A stretch of DNA of 26,869 nucleotides, taken from the IMG/VR virus record IMGVR_UViG_3300030330_005625, positions 1 to 26,869 of that record. One strand, given 5' to 3'. Numbering within the stretch: the stretch's first letter is position 1; the number at the start of each line of letters is the position of its first letter. Of the stretch, positions 16,893-26,178 are shown in pieces. Source of the DNA: a virus (taxonomy: Duplodnaviria > Caudoviricetes). Under the pieces are notes generated by a model. The model ran no database searches and was not told the origin of the DNA. It saw nothing but the letters and a program-made list of their open reading frames with translations. A program made the position numbers and the translations under genes.

Positions 16893-17369
16893 TTAGATCG
16901 TGGAATCGAAGCGGACGCGGTAACGCTGCTCGACCTGGACGGCCTCGCCGTCCTCGGTCATGGTAGGCGAGAAGATCAGGTCAGGGAGGATGTTGTATCG
17001 GACATCCTCGGCGGCGAGGGTGAGGATCGACCGGGCGACGGCCTCGGCGGCATCGGCGGCGCGGTCGAGGTCGCGCTGACGTGAGGCCCGGACCCGAAAG
17101 GTGAACAGGACGGCGACGGTCGCCTCGATCTGAAACGGCGACGCCGACGAGGACCCATCCCCGGCATCGGTGACGCTGGCGTCTGCGATCTGACACGAGA
17201 AGGCCAGGTGAGCGCGGGCCTTGCTCTCGTCGAGGAGAGCGAACGGCGCCCGCTCCTCCTTCCACGTCGGCGAGGTGATCGAGCCTTGCCCGAGGCCGGT
17301 CGTCGAGGATGCAGCGATCCGCGCCGCCATGGTCTGACGTAGCTCCGAGATCGTCCCGGTCGTCGGCAT
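16893..17369 (-). CDS. Tail terminator / head-tail joining protein
   Basis: Size and position immediately upstream of major tail. Confidence 0.55.
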   Translation of the reverse strand: MPTTGTISELRQTMAARIAASSTTGLGQGSITSPTWKEERAPFALLDESKARAHLAFSCQIADASVTDAGDGSSSASPFQIEATVAVLFTFRVRASRQRDLDRAADAAEAVARSILTLAAEDVRYNILPDLIFSPTMTEDGEAVQVEQRYRVRFDSTI

Positions 17370-17373
17370 CGGC

Positions 17374-18138
17374 TCACCACCACGGAGCGCGGCGGCGGTA
17401 GCGCGCTCGGGCGCCCCCGCGGTGAATCGTGCGGCTCATGCTCTCGCGGCTCTCGGAGTCGGGGAGGCCGTCGTCGTCGCGGTCCATGCGGGCGCGTAGG
17501 TCTTTCATCACCTTCTGATATTCGGCCCGGTGAAGCTCCATAAGGCGTTCGCTTCTCTCGGAGTCATTCGTCGAGAACAGGAACCGAAAGACCTTCACGT
17601 AGGTCGACTGGCGGATCGGCTCGAAGAGGTCGCTCGGGCCGGTGATCAGGTCGGGCCATTGCCCCGCCTGCTCCAGCTCTCGGAGGACGTCGCGCTTCGC
17701 GGCTTCGAGGAAGGTTTGTAGGTTCGTCCCGTAGTCCCCGAGCTGATCGACGAGGTCGGGGTATTCGCCCGCGGTGAGGTCGGCGTCGGTGACGGGGAGA
17801 ACCATCGGGAACCGGGCGACGGTGCACGCCCGCGAGACGGTCCGGGCGAGGCCGTCGAGGGTCAGGGTCCACCGCAGTTGGTAGAGCTGCCCCGTCGGCT
17901 CGGTAGCCGGTAGGTCGACGGCCCCGATCGTGTAGGTCGCGACCGAGGACACGATCGACGCGGCGGCGTCCTCGACCACGTAGGTCCCCGCCGGTCGGAC
18001 GAGCGAGACCGTCGCCGCGGTCGGGGCGACCTTCGCCCCGTCGCGCCAGACCTCCAGAGTGACCGTGTTCGCCCGCGCCCTCTGGAGGACGTCGGGGCCG
18101 CTCTGGCGGTAGGTGTAGACGGTCTCGCCGCTAGACAT
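17374..18138 (-). CDS. Head-tail adaptor with N-terminal beta domain
   Basis: Beta-rich N-half and helical adaptor-like C-half; synteny. Confidence 0.55.
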   Translation of the reverse strand: MSSGETVYTYRQSGPDVLQRARANTVTLEVWRDGAKVAPTAATVSLVRPAGTYVVEDAAASIVSSVATYTIGAVDLPATEPTGQLYQLRWTLTLDGLARTVSRACTVARFPMVLPVTDADLTAGEYPDLVDQLGDYGTNLQTFLEAAKRDVLRELEQAGQWPDLITGPSDLFEPIRQSTYVKVFRFLFSTNDSERSERLMELHRAEYQKVMKDLRARMDRDDDGLPDSESRESMSRTIHRGGARARYRRRAPWW

Positions 18139-18147
18139 CGGGACCCC

Positions 18148-18306
18148 TTACCGGTTGCCGTTGGCGCGTTCGCGGTCGCCTCGGCGAACCGCATTCCGGA
18201 CCCGGGCCTCGGCCTGGGTTTGCGTGAGCTTGCCGCGGCTCGCCTCTCGGAGGTTCTGTGCGGCCCTCTGGATGCTCTCTCGGCGCGTGCGCTCGTCTGC
18301 ACTCAT
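18148..18306 (-). CDS. Small basic hypothetical protein (52 aa)
   Basis: ATGA coupling at 18306; MSADERTRRESIQRAAQNL... Confidence 0.6.
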   Translation of the reverse strand: MSADERTRRESIQRAAQNLREASRGKLTQTQAEARVRNAVRRGDRERANGNR

Positions 18307-19046
18307 GCCGGCACCCCCGCGGAGGTAGCGGCGGCGAGACGGGCTTCTAGGCGCGCGACCTTCGCGGCCTTCACGTCGGGAGCGATCCCCGCATTCCGCG
18401 TGCGCCCGAGGTGACGCTCGATGGTTTGGCGGACGGCCCGGGTCGCCTGCGGTACAGGTCCGGCGATCGCCCCCGAGGCGACGAGCGAGGCCCGCCACCG
18501 ATTCCAGCTCTCGCGGTGTTGCGTGAACGTCAGCGGCTGACCCGGGAGCCCCGGCTCGGGCACGTCCCACGCCGAGACCCACGCCTCGACATCCACGCGC
18601 GTGATCGGGTGTTGCCCTCGGATGCGACGGCGGTAGCGGCCCGCGGGGACGCCCGGCGGGAGAAGCTCGTCAGGGATCGAGGTCGAGAGGGGCAGGTAGA
18701 CCCACCCGCGGCGCCTCGCTTCGAGGACGGCGTCGGCGTAGGCGTTCGACTCGGGCTCGTGAGGTCCCGGGGTGCGGATCCCCGCGGCGCCTCTAACGAG
18801 GAGATGAGGCTCGACCATAGGGAGCCAGGTCGGCGACCCGTCCACTTCTCCGACCTCCCAGTTCATAGGCCAGTGACGGAGGAGGAACGCGGGGCGCGGG
18901 TGCAGCTTGGGGAGGCCAGAGGATCGGCCCGTGTCGACGGGATCCTCTAGCAGGGCGGCGAGGCCCGGGTCGACCGTCTCGGGAACATCGCCCACGAGGA
19001 GCGCGTCGGCGGCGGTCGAGGTCTTCTTCTTCGCTCGGATTGGCAT
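18303..19046 (-). CDS. Hypothetical protein (247 aa) in the head module
   Basis: Track ORF; operon context after capsid. Confidence 0.7.
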   Translation of the reverse strand: MPIRAKKKTSTAADALLVGDVPETVDPGLAALLEDPVDTGRSSGLPKLHPRPAFLLRHWPMNWEVGEVDGSPTWLPMVEPHLLVRGAAGIRTPGPHEPESNAYADAVLEARRRGWVYLPLSTSIPDELLPPGVPAGRYRRRIRGQHPITRVDVEAWVSAWDVPEPGLPGQPLTFTQHRESWNRWRASLVASGAIAGPVPQATRAVRQTIERHLGRTRNAGIAPDVKAAKVARLEARLAAATSAGVPA

Positions 19047-19076
19047 GGCTGTCTCTATCCCCCGGCGAGGTACGAA

Positions 19077-19110
19077 CGCGCCCGGGCCGCCGAGGAGGAG
19101 CCCGGGCGCG
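19077..19110 (-). terminator. Hairpin after the major capsid gene
   Basis: 11-bp stem CGCGCCCGGGC/GCCCGGGCGCG followed by TTCGT on the minus strand; weak U-tract. Confidence 0.55.
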
Positions 19111-19122
19111 CATCGAGGGCGA

Positions 19123-20082
19123 TCAGGTCGCCGAGAGGATCTTCCGCTGAACGAACACGTCGCTCGAACCGGCGGCCACGCCGAGGAAGGACCGCGCCTC
19201 GGCGGTCTCCTTGCCGTTCGTCGAGCTGCTGCTTGGGAACGTCACGATCGTTCCGAACTCGGGGATCCGGATCGCGTCGATACCCCGGGCGCGGACGCCC
19301 GCGGTCGAGCCGACGGCGTAGCCGATACCGCCCGCGGAGTAGCCGCCGCCGACGTGGTCGGGGCCGCTCGTCGTGACCGACGTGCTCATGTTGATGTCGA
19401 TCCCGAGGCCCGCGAAGTTGCGGATCGTCTGTGCGCCGCCCTGGAGACCCTGCACGCCGCCGAACTCGGAGACGGAGAGGGAGAGGGTCGTCTCGGAGCG
19501 GATCGAGTCGACGAGATCGGAGACCTGCTTCGGGTGGAGCATGACCACCGGCTGACCCGCGCCCGGGTTCTCACGGAACGCGGCGAGGAGGTCGAGGAGG
19601 TGATCCATTTCAAGCGCGGCGCCCGAGACGCCGACCGACGTAGAGAAGCCCGCGATCGTGGTCGCGGTCAGGTCGCGGAGGGTCCGGAGGAAGCTCTCGG
19701 GCATCGTCTGGACGAGCGCGTCGAGCATCGCGGCGGGCTCACGCCCGAGGATCTGGGCCTTGTAGCTTTCTTCGAAAGCAAGCCCATAATCGGCGATCGT
19801 GACCGTCGAGTATCCGAGATCGAAGGGGCTCGGGGTGATCGCGGCGGTCTCGCTCGCGAGGGCGCTCATGGCCAGGTTGTAGCCAATGCCGCCGATGTTG
19901 GTCACGCGGATCACGTCGGAGCCAGACCCCGCGGCGTCGCCGACGAGGCGGACGAGGCCCGCGGCCTGCACGTTCAGGGCGTCTTCGAGACGGCGCTGAA
20001 TGGCAATCTGTGCGAAAGTGTAGGCAAAACCTACCTCATTGTTGACGGCGCTTGCGAGCGCGGGAGGGCTGATCGAGGCCAT
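19123..20082 (-). CDS. Major capsid protein
   Basis: 319 aa after scaffold; HK97-fold-like VVMLHPKQVSDL and FAGLGIDI..S segments; AGGAG RBS; downstream hairpin. Confidence 0.8.
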   Translation of the reverse strand: MASISPPALASAVNNEVGFAYTFAQIAIQRRLEDALNVQAAGLVRLVGDAAGSGSDVIRVTNIGGIGYNLAMSALASETAAITPSPFDLGYSTVTIADYGLAFEESYKAQILGREPAAMLDALVQTMPESFLRTLRDLTATTIAGFSTSVGVSGAALEMDHLLDLLAAFRENPGAGQPVVMLHPKQVSDLVDSIRSETTLSLSVSEFGGVQGLQGGAQTIRNFAGLGIDINMSTSVTTSGPDHVGGGYSAGGIGYAVGSTAGVRARGIDAIRIPEFGTIVTFPSSSSTNGKETAEARSFLGVAAGSSDVFVQRKILSAT

Positions 20083-20178
20083 AACGGCGACTCCTAGCGA
20101 GTGGGAAAGGGAACTGTCACGCCCTCCCCCTGTTACCGCCGGGTCCGCGTAGTGGGCCTATGGTGCGATCTTGCCCCG

Positions 20179-20808
20179 TCAGGCGCGCGGCGTCAACCAC
20201 CGCGACCCATAGGACGTGCCGCTTTGCTGCTCGACGGCCCGAAGGGCCTCGTCCTGTTGCTCGCGTGTCATCGAGCGGAACTCGGGCGAGGTGAGGAACG
20301 CGGCGGCGTCCTCGCGACTCATGCCCGAGGACCTCGGAGCCGAGGCGGGCGCCCCCCGAGAGAGATCCGGGAGCGAGGCCGGACTCGGCACCGAGACAGC
20401 GGTGGCACCGTCCCCCGAAGGAGCGCCCGCGGAAAAGTATCCGGCGAGGAGAGGGACCTCGCGACCGGGTCCGCCCTCGGCGAGGAAGTCGGCGAAGGTC
20501 GGCGCCTCGTCGAGGCCCGCGGTCCGGGACTGGTAGATCGCCTCGATGTCAGCGAGGGCGTCGGCGGGGATCCCGAGGGTCCCGAGGAGCTGGGTCCGGG
20601 TCGCGCTCTCGATTTGACCGCGCAGCTCTCCGACCTGACTCTCGAACGGCTCTAGGGCGGCGACCCGCTCCCGGAGCTTGACGATCTCCGCCCCGGCTAG
20701 CTTCGCCTCGGCGCGGACGGCTGCGAGCTGCTCGGCGTGCTTTGTCTTTGCACGATCAAGGCGCTCTTTCACGATCTGATCGACCTGCTCCTGAGTAAAC
20801 TCGCTCAT
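20179..20808 (-). CDS. Capsid scaffolding protein
   Basis: FTQEQVDQIVKERL start, coiled coil, Pro/Ser-rich linker; precedes capsid. Confidence 0.8.
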   Translation of the reverse strand: MSEFTQEQVDQIVKERLDRAKTKHAEQLAAVRAEAKLAGAEIVKLRERVAALEPFESQVGELRGQIESATRTQLLGTLGIPADALADIEAIYQSRTAGLDEAPTFADFLAEGGPGREVPLLAGYFSAGAPSGDGATAVSVPSPASLPDLSRGAPASAPRSSGMSREDAAAFLTSPEFRSMTREQQDEALRAVEQQSGTSYGSRWLTPRA

Positions 20809-21575
20809 CCTGTCTCCTTCTTCGCCCGAGGGTGACCCTTCGGGAGTAGATCATTATCGCCTTTGTACCGGCTATCCTTGGGGCGCCCGTTGCGTAGCAG
20901 GTAGAGAAACGCGTTAACGCGGGCCATGGACCACGCGCCCCGAGACACGCCCGGACGGTGCGAGACGGAGAAGGCTCCGGAGCCTCGACGGTAGACCGCG
21001 GCGAGCTTCGAGAGCGTCGCCCGCTTTCCTTTGTCGTCCCCGTGCTTCTCGTTATGCTCCTCGACCTTCCGACGGAGGGCCTTCCGGGTCTCGTCCGATA
21101 GCTCGATCGAGGTGCGCCCCTTCGCCGTCGCGCTCCCGGGTTTGTTCTTTCGAGAGCCCCGGATCCGGTCGCGACGAGGGGCTCGGGTGCTCTGGCTTCT
21201 CTGATCGGCCCGGGCCTCTCGGCGGCGCCCGAGGCGGGCGAGGTACCACTCCCGGTCGTATCGGCGGGCGATCTTGCGAGCCCACGCGCGGCCCGCGTCG
21301 CCTCCCCATCCGGCCCACGCCTGACGACCCTTGCTCGGGTAGCCCTCCTCGCCCGGGCGAAACCCCTTCGCCTCTTTGTCGACCTCGTGTCTGTCGAAGA
21401 ATGAGAGCATCCGGCGGATCGTCTCGACGCTGACGGGTTGCCCATTGGCGAGCTGGACGGCCCGTCGCACCCCGGTCGCAGTCATGGCGCGTCGACTCGG
21501 CGGGAGGTCCTTGCGCCAGTCGAGGGCGCGCTGAGCCTCACGGCGCACGGCTCGGGGCGGTCGGAAGGGCGGCAC
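20805..21575 (-). CDS. Basic two-domain head-module protein
   Basis: Domain 1 RAVQLANGQPVSVETIRRMLSFFDRH...AWAGWGGDAG; domain 2 AVYRRGSGAF..SHRPG....WSMARVNAFL...DNDLLP. Both resemble recurring viral unknown-function domains (from recall, not a search). Confidence 0.7.
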   Translation of the reverse strand: MPPFRPPRAVRREAQRALDWRKDLPPSRRAMTATGVRRAVQLANGQPVSVETIRRMLSFFDRHEVDKEAKGFRPGEEGYPSKGRQAWAGWGGDAGRAWARKIARRYDREWYLARLGRRREARADQRSQSTRAPRRDRIRGSRKNKPGSATAKGRTSIELSDETRKALRRKVEEHNEKHGDDKGKRATLSKLAAVYRRGSGAFSVSHRPGVSRGAWSMARVNAFLYLLRNGRPKDSRYKGDNDLLPKGHPRAKKETG

Positions 21576-21578
21576 CGG

Positions 21579-23213
21579 CTAGGCCCTCCGGATCGTCGTC
21601 AGGGCTTCGAGGATCGACGCGAGGGCGTCGTCGGCCTCCTCGTGACGCATCGGCATTGCCCGGAGCGACTCGGCGGCGCTCTCCAGGTCGTCGACGGCCT
21701 CGACGAGGTCCTCGTCGACAGCGCCCGATGCGATGATCGCCTCTTCGCGTGCGATGCGTCGGAGGTCCTCGACGGCGTCGTCGGAGGTCAGGCCCGGGTA
21801 TCGCGCCCGGTAGACATCGACCTTAGAGCGGTAGCCGTTCGAGACGAGCCATTCGTCGCGCTCTCGGGCGTCCTTCTCCTCGCCCGGTGAGCGCGGCGGG
21901 CGGTGGTAGACGATCGAGTATCCGCTCTCGGGGTAGTCCGTCCCCGTCGCCCGGTTCAACACCGCCGCGGCCTTCGAGAGCAGTTCAAGGTCAGAGGCCC
22001 GGAACAGGGGCTCGATCCGCTCCTGATACTCGCGCCTCTGGCGGTCGCTGATGTGGAGGGCCGCCCCGGACGCGGGGTTGGCGCTCACCTTCTCGACCGA
22101 TGCCTGACCGAGGCCCCGGTTTAGCATAAGGTCGTGAATGTATCCCCGGGTGAAAGCGTGCAACGGGGCGAGGTTGATCCCCGGCCCGACGACGCTCACG
22201 CCCGGCTGAACGCCCGGCTCGACGACCTGACAGGCGGAGATCGCGCCCGGGGTGATCGGGACCTGCTCGATCGGAGCCCCGCCCGGGGTGTAGCCGACCC
22301 CGTCGTCGTAGGGGCGCCCCGAGGCGAGGCGCACGTCGGCCCCGGGGAGCTGGAGATTCCACGTCAGGACGTGCGAGCCGGTCGCATCGAGGGCCGCGCG
22401 GCCCGTGTACGTCGCGTAGGTGCAAACGTGGAGCGTCCCTCGGTGGAGCCCTCGAAGCTCTGACCAGTGCCAGATCTTGCCCGTGTCGCTTGATCGGTAC
22501 TGGACCCAAGGCAGGAAGGCGCGCCCGTCCTCGTAGCGGTAGGGGTAGGCGTCGCCGACGAGGGCGCCCCCGTCGAGGTAGGCGTCGGAGAGGTCGCGGT
22601 ATCCGTCCTCGTCCTTCTCCGTCGCCGAGACGACTCGGAGCGAGGGCGGGCGGCCCGCCTCGGGGTCGCCGAGGTCGTAGACGGTGAACGTCCACTTATA
22701 GCAGCTCCGGACCGCATCCCACCGGAGCCGCAGATGCCAGAGGGCGCGCGCCCGATCGGGGCGTCGCGGATCGGCTTCGAGGTAGATGTCGCACGGCTCG
22801 ACGAGCTGGAGCACGAGCGAGCCCTCGAAGACATCGAGCCCGACGAGGTAGTCCCCGAGGCCGATCGTCCTGCGCTCGTAGGTCTGGGCCTTCGTCGTCC
22901 ATCCGGCGGCATCGAGGGCGCCGCCCGGGTCGAGGAGGCCCGCGGCGGCCTCGCTCGGATGATGCACGATCGGGCGTTGACTGTACCGGCCCGGGGTCGT
23001 GAGCTGCGAGACGTAGGAGACGAGCGGGTTGTTGCTCGTGTCGGGCTGGCCCCAGGTCTCCAGGACCTCGGGCGCGACGTAGTCCCGGAGCCAGAGGTCG
23101 AGGACCTGATCAAAGTCCTCGTCGAGGATCGAGGCCCGCGCCCGCTGATGTTCGGCGCGGTCCTGATCGGGCATCATCGGACGCGGCGGGTAGATGATCG
23201 GCTGATACGGCAT
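21579..23213 (-). CDS. Portal protein
   Basis: 544 aa directly after TerL; SPP1-like ANPASGAAL segment. Confidence 0.8.
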   Translation of the reverse strand: MPYQPIIYPPRPMMPDQDRAEHQRARASILDEDFDQVLDLWLRDYVAPEVLETWGQPDTSNNPLVSYVSQLTTPGRYSQRPIVHHPSEAAAGLLDPGGALDAAGWTTKAQTYERRTIGLGDYLVGLDVFEGSLVLQLVEPCDIYLEADPRRPDRARALWHLRLRWDAVRSCYKWTFTVYDLGDPEAGRPPSLRVVSATEKDEDGYRDLSDAYLDGGALVGDAYPYRYEDGRAFLPWVQYRSSDTGKIWHWSELRGLHRGTLHVCTYATYTGRAALDATGSHVLTWNLQLPGADVRLASGRPYDDGVGYTPGGAPIEQVPITPGAISACQVVEPGVQPGVSVVGPGINLAPLHAFTRGYIHDLMLNRGLGQASVEKVSANPASGAALHISDRQRREYQERIEPLFRASDLELLSKAAAVLNRATGTDYPESGYSIVYHRPPRSPGEEKDARERDEWLVSNGYRSKVDVYRARYPGLTSDDAVEDLRRIAREEAIIASGAVDEDLVEAVDDLESAAESLRAMPMRHEEADDALASILEALTTIRRA

Positions 23214-23217
23214 AGGG

Positions 23218-24633
23218 TCACCCGTAGCGCAGAGACAGAGCCACCGCCCGCTGAGAGCCGACGAGTCTCTCGACAGGATAGCGCGCGGCGTCGAGGATGT
23301 CTTTCGCCGGATCCTGCTTATGGCCTTGGAACGTCATAAACGCTCGGGCCAGCTCGGGACACCGCGGCGAGACGATGAGGTGAGGCGTCCCCCTCGTGTC
23401 GGTCGCTGATAGGCTGTTGAGCATCGTTAAGCCCGCCACGACGGAGCCGTCGAACTTGCGCGGGGTCGTGATCCGCGGGAAGCGATTATAGGCGATCCCC
23501 GCGAGGGCGGCGAGGTGTCGCCGGAGGATCGAGTTCGACTTCCTCACGAGGCCCCGAGCGTCGGCTGGACGGTCGCCGACCCAGAGGTCGACGTCCTCGA
23601 CTTCGAGGCCCGCCCGGTGGAGCATCGAGACGATAGCCCGGGCGTCCTCCTCCTGGCTCGTCTGTGCGTGCCCGACGTGCTCGGCGAGGTACCAGACCCG
23701 AGGCCGTAGGGAGTCAGCCCCGACCACGGCGCCCACGACGGCGGCTTGCTTGCCGCCCACGATCCCGTGGTCGATCCCGACGAAGACCACGGCGCCCGCG
23801 GGCGGCTCGTCGCCTCGAACGTGGGTCTCGGTCGAGAAGGCGGAGATCCACCGCTCGTCGACGAGGGGATCCCACGCGCCCTCGATCCTCATGCGCTGGA
23901 CGGGGAGCGGTAGCGAGGCCCGGAAGGAGTCGAGCATCGTCCGCGAGTAGTAGGGGAACGGCGCCCCGTCGGGGAGGCAGTTCTCGGGCTTCAACCCGTG
24001 GTTATGCTCGACGATCACGCCCCGATCGATCAGGTCGCGTAACCACTGCATGTCGGGCATGTTCGGAACGGGCGTAAAGTTGATCCGCATCGTCCCGCCA
24101 TACTTGAGAAGCCGCGGTCGAAGCTCCTCATACGTGCCCGCTGGCATCGGCTCGTCGCTCAAGACGTGGTGAATGGTTGAGCCGGCGTATCGGGTCGGGT
24201 CCTGCTTGAACGTCCCGAAGAAGATCACCGACCCGGCGCCCGGGCCGCTCCGGAACACGAGCCGCGGCGGCTTGCCCGTGATCCCCCGCCCGGGCTCGAA
24301 CCCCGTCTTCGGGTCTAGCTCCTCGGTCGGGATCAGGTTGTAGAGCTTCTCCATGATTCCGCCCGGTTGCCCCATCTGCTCCAGGCTGACGCCGACGACG
24401 ACAGCGTAGACGGGCGGGCGCCTCACGGTTTGCCAGGGGTGAGTCCCCCGGCATCGGTGGACGAGGTCGACGAGGCTCCCGGTCGTCTTGCCGAGCTGGT
24501 TCCCGTCGCGCCACAGGGCGATCGGACTCGACTCCTCCAACCACTGACGCTGAGGCACGGTCGGGCGGAAGCTGAACAGCGAGCACGAGAGCGAGTCGAG
24601 GAGGACGTCGCGCGTCGCCTCTGCCCAACTCAC
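23218..24633 (-). CDS. terL: Terminase large subunit
   Basis: Walker A GNQLGKT, Walker B HVLSDEP, motif III NFTP, nuclease GIDHG and KDILDAARY. Confidence 0.92.
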   Translation of the reverse strand: MSWAEATRDVLLDSLSCSLFSFRPTVPQRQWLEESSPIALWRDGNQLGKTTGSLVDLVHRCRGTHPWQTVRRPPVYAVVVGVSLEQMGQPGGIMEKLYNLIPTEELDPKTGFEPGRGITGKPPRLVFRSGPGAGSVIFFGTFKQDPTRYAGSTIHHVLSDEPMPAGTYEELRPRLLKYGGTMRINFTPVPNMPDMQWLRDLIDRGVIVEHNHGLKPENCLPDGAPFPYYSRTMLDSFRASLPLPVQRMRIEGAWDPLVDERWISAFSTETHVRGDEPPAGAVVFVGIDHGIVGGKQAAVVGAVVGADSLRPRVWYLAEHVGHAQTSQEEDARAIVSMLHRAGLEVEDVDLWVGDRPADARGLVRKSNSILRRHLAALAGIAYNRFPRITTPRKFDGSVVAGLTMLNSLSATDTRGTPHLIVSPRCPELARAFMTFQGHKQDPAKDILDAARYPVERLVGSQRAVALSLRYG

Positions 24634-24675
24634 GCGAAAGCCCCGGTCGGTCCTGCGGTTACAACTTTCTCGCAG

Positions 24676-24734
24676 AAAGTTGTTGCCTCTGTATATGCTC
24701 GCGTTATGTTGTAGTCACAAGCAAGGGAGAGAAC
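24676..24734 (+). promoter_or_regulatory. Sigma70-like promoter plus RBS, copy 2
   Basis: AAAGTTGTTGCC-N10-CTCGCGTTATGTTGTA...AAGGGAGA with the same spacing as copy 1; overlapped by a 10-bp inverted repeat ACAACTTTCT/AGAAAGTTGT (24661-24683). Confidence 0.7.
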
Positions 24735-25199
24735 ATGACCGACCGCACCTTTAACGCCCGGCTCCTGATCGGAAAGACGGCCTCGGGCTCCGACTGGATC
24801 GCCTACCCGGACCGCCACACGCTCGCCGACGTTGCGACCATGGTTGACCGTATCGGCAAGTTTGGAGGAGAGGCGACCGCCGAGGCCCTCGCGCTCTTGG
24901 GCCGGACGGTGATCGCCTATGGCGACATCGGCCCGATGGACACTGAAAACCCCTACGGCGACGGGCGCCAGGGCGAGACGCTCCAGCCCGTCACGCTGAA
25001 CGGCGAGCACGTCGGCAACCTGGCCCGCTGCTACAACGCCGACACGGGCGAGGACCTCCGCCTCGTGTTCTACGACTGGCGCCCGCTCAACCCCGCCCAC
25101 GACTTCGACGACGACGACGACTGTGTCTGCGACTACCGCAGCGCCCGGGCCGCCCTCGCCGCGAAGAAGGCGCAGATCGCCGCCGCCCTCGGCGCCTAG
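24735..25199 (+). CDS. Moron-like hypothetical protein (154 aa)
   Basis: Opposite strand to its neighbours, with its own promoter, RBS and terminator. Confidence 0.8.
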   Translation: MTDRTFNARLLIGKTASGSDWIAYPDRHTLADVATMVDRIGKFGGEATAEALALLGRTVIAYGDIGPMDTENPYGDGRQGETLQPVTLNGEHVGNLARCYNADTGEDLRLVFYDWRPLNPAHDFDDDDDCVCDYRSARAALAAKKAQIAAALGA

Positions 25200-25220
25200 C
25201 CCGCCCACGAGGCGACCACG

Positions 25221-25250
25221 GCCCGCCCTCCGGCGGGCTCTCGTCGTCTT
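25221..25250 (+). terminator. Intrinsic terminator of the moron
   Basis: GCCCGCC-ctcc-GGCGGGC then TCTCGTCGTCTT. Confidence 0.65.
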
Positions 25251-25255
25251 GGGGG

Positions 25256-25609
25256 TCACGACGTAGACGCCCACGCACCCTCGACGCGGGCGACCCGGTC
25301 GCCGTCTCGGGAGAGGTAGATCGTCGCCCCGTGTCGGCGGGCGTATTCGTCGAGAGCGCTCTCCAGGAGCGTGTCGGGGATGTCCGGGAGGGCCTCGCGC
25401 CAGACGCGCTCCCGGTCCGCCCTCGACAGCTCGACCGGCGCCGCGGCGGCCAGCTCGGCGGCCTCGGCATCGAGGGCCACGAGCATGGAGTGAGCCTTCA
25501 GGACCGCGGTGAAGGATCGCGCCTGGCGGGCGGCGACCTGATCGGCGGCGATCTCCTCTTGACGCGCCCGGATCTCCTTCAAGCGTGCTCGTCTTTGCTT
25601 CGGTGTCAT
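25256..25609 (-). CDS. Terminase small subunit candidate (117 aa)
   Basis: ATGA coupling to queC; helical; nearest co-oriented gene upstream of terL. The function call is positional only. Confidence 0.5.
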   Translation of the reverse strand: MTPKQRRARLKEIRARQEEIAADQVAARQARSFTAVLKAHSMLVALDAEAAELAAAAPVELSRADRERVWREALPDIPDTLLESALDEYARRHGATIYLSRDGDRVARVEGAWASTS

Positions 25610-26178
25610 GTCGTCTCCATTGGTGAGGACCACGCGATCGACGCCTCGACGCACGACGCACACACCCCGCAAGGGTTCGGCCCCGTGCCATAGCAGGACC
25701 ACGCGTCGGCGGACGAGAGCCCGAGGGCGCGCGCCTCTGCAATGATCCGCGGCTTGTCCCAGGTCAGAAGAGGCGCCTCGATCGGGAGCCCCAGGGCGGC
25801 GGACATCGCATCGAGGAACGGCCCCCGACAGTCCGGATAGGCGTCCCGGTCGGCTGCGTTGGCGCCGATCGTGATCGACTCCGCGCCGAGGCGGCCCGCG
25901 GCGTTCGCGGCGACCGACAAGAGGATTGCGTTCCTCGCCGGAACGATGCACGGCCCGACGGCCTCGGGCATGGTTCCGAGGTCGAGGTCTCGGAGGTGAG
26001 GAGCGAGGAGCGGGACGCCGCGCTCTCCCGCATAGGCGAACGCCCTCCACCCCTCGGCGATCTGTGCGGGATGTCCATAGTCGACGAAGACACACCCCGC
26101 GAGGCGACCCTCGACCCGGGCGCGCTCCGCGCACACGAGGGAGTCGATCCCGCCCGAGAGTAGAACGGCGGTTCTCAT
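25606..26178 (-). CDS. queC: QueC-family 7-cyano-7-deazaguanine synthase
   Basis: LLSGGIDS PP-loop, DYG, VPARNAILLS, YPDCR..F, APLL..DK and WSCY...CGVCASC zinc site; ATG at 26178. Confidence 0.92.
   Translation of the reverse strand: MRTAVLLSGGIDSLVCAERARVEGRLAGCVFVDYGHPAQIAEGWRAFAYAGERGVPLLAPHLRDLDLGTMPEAVGPCIVPARNAILLSVAANAAGRLGAESITIGANAADRDAYPDCRGPFLDAMSAALGLPIEAPLLTWDKPRIIAEARALGLSSADAWSCYGTGPNPCGVCASCVEASIAWSSPMETT

Noticed and set aside
20083-20178. Structured RNA or ribozyme in the capsid leader
   Set aside because: Only a weak G-rich/C-rich pairing; no recognisable ribozyme or riboswitch core.
25107-25121. (GAC)5 run in the moron gene
   Set aside because: A short poly-Asp using the genome's dominant Asp codon; no evidence of phase variation.
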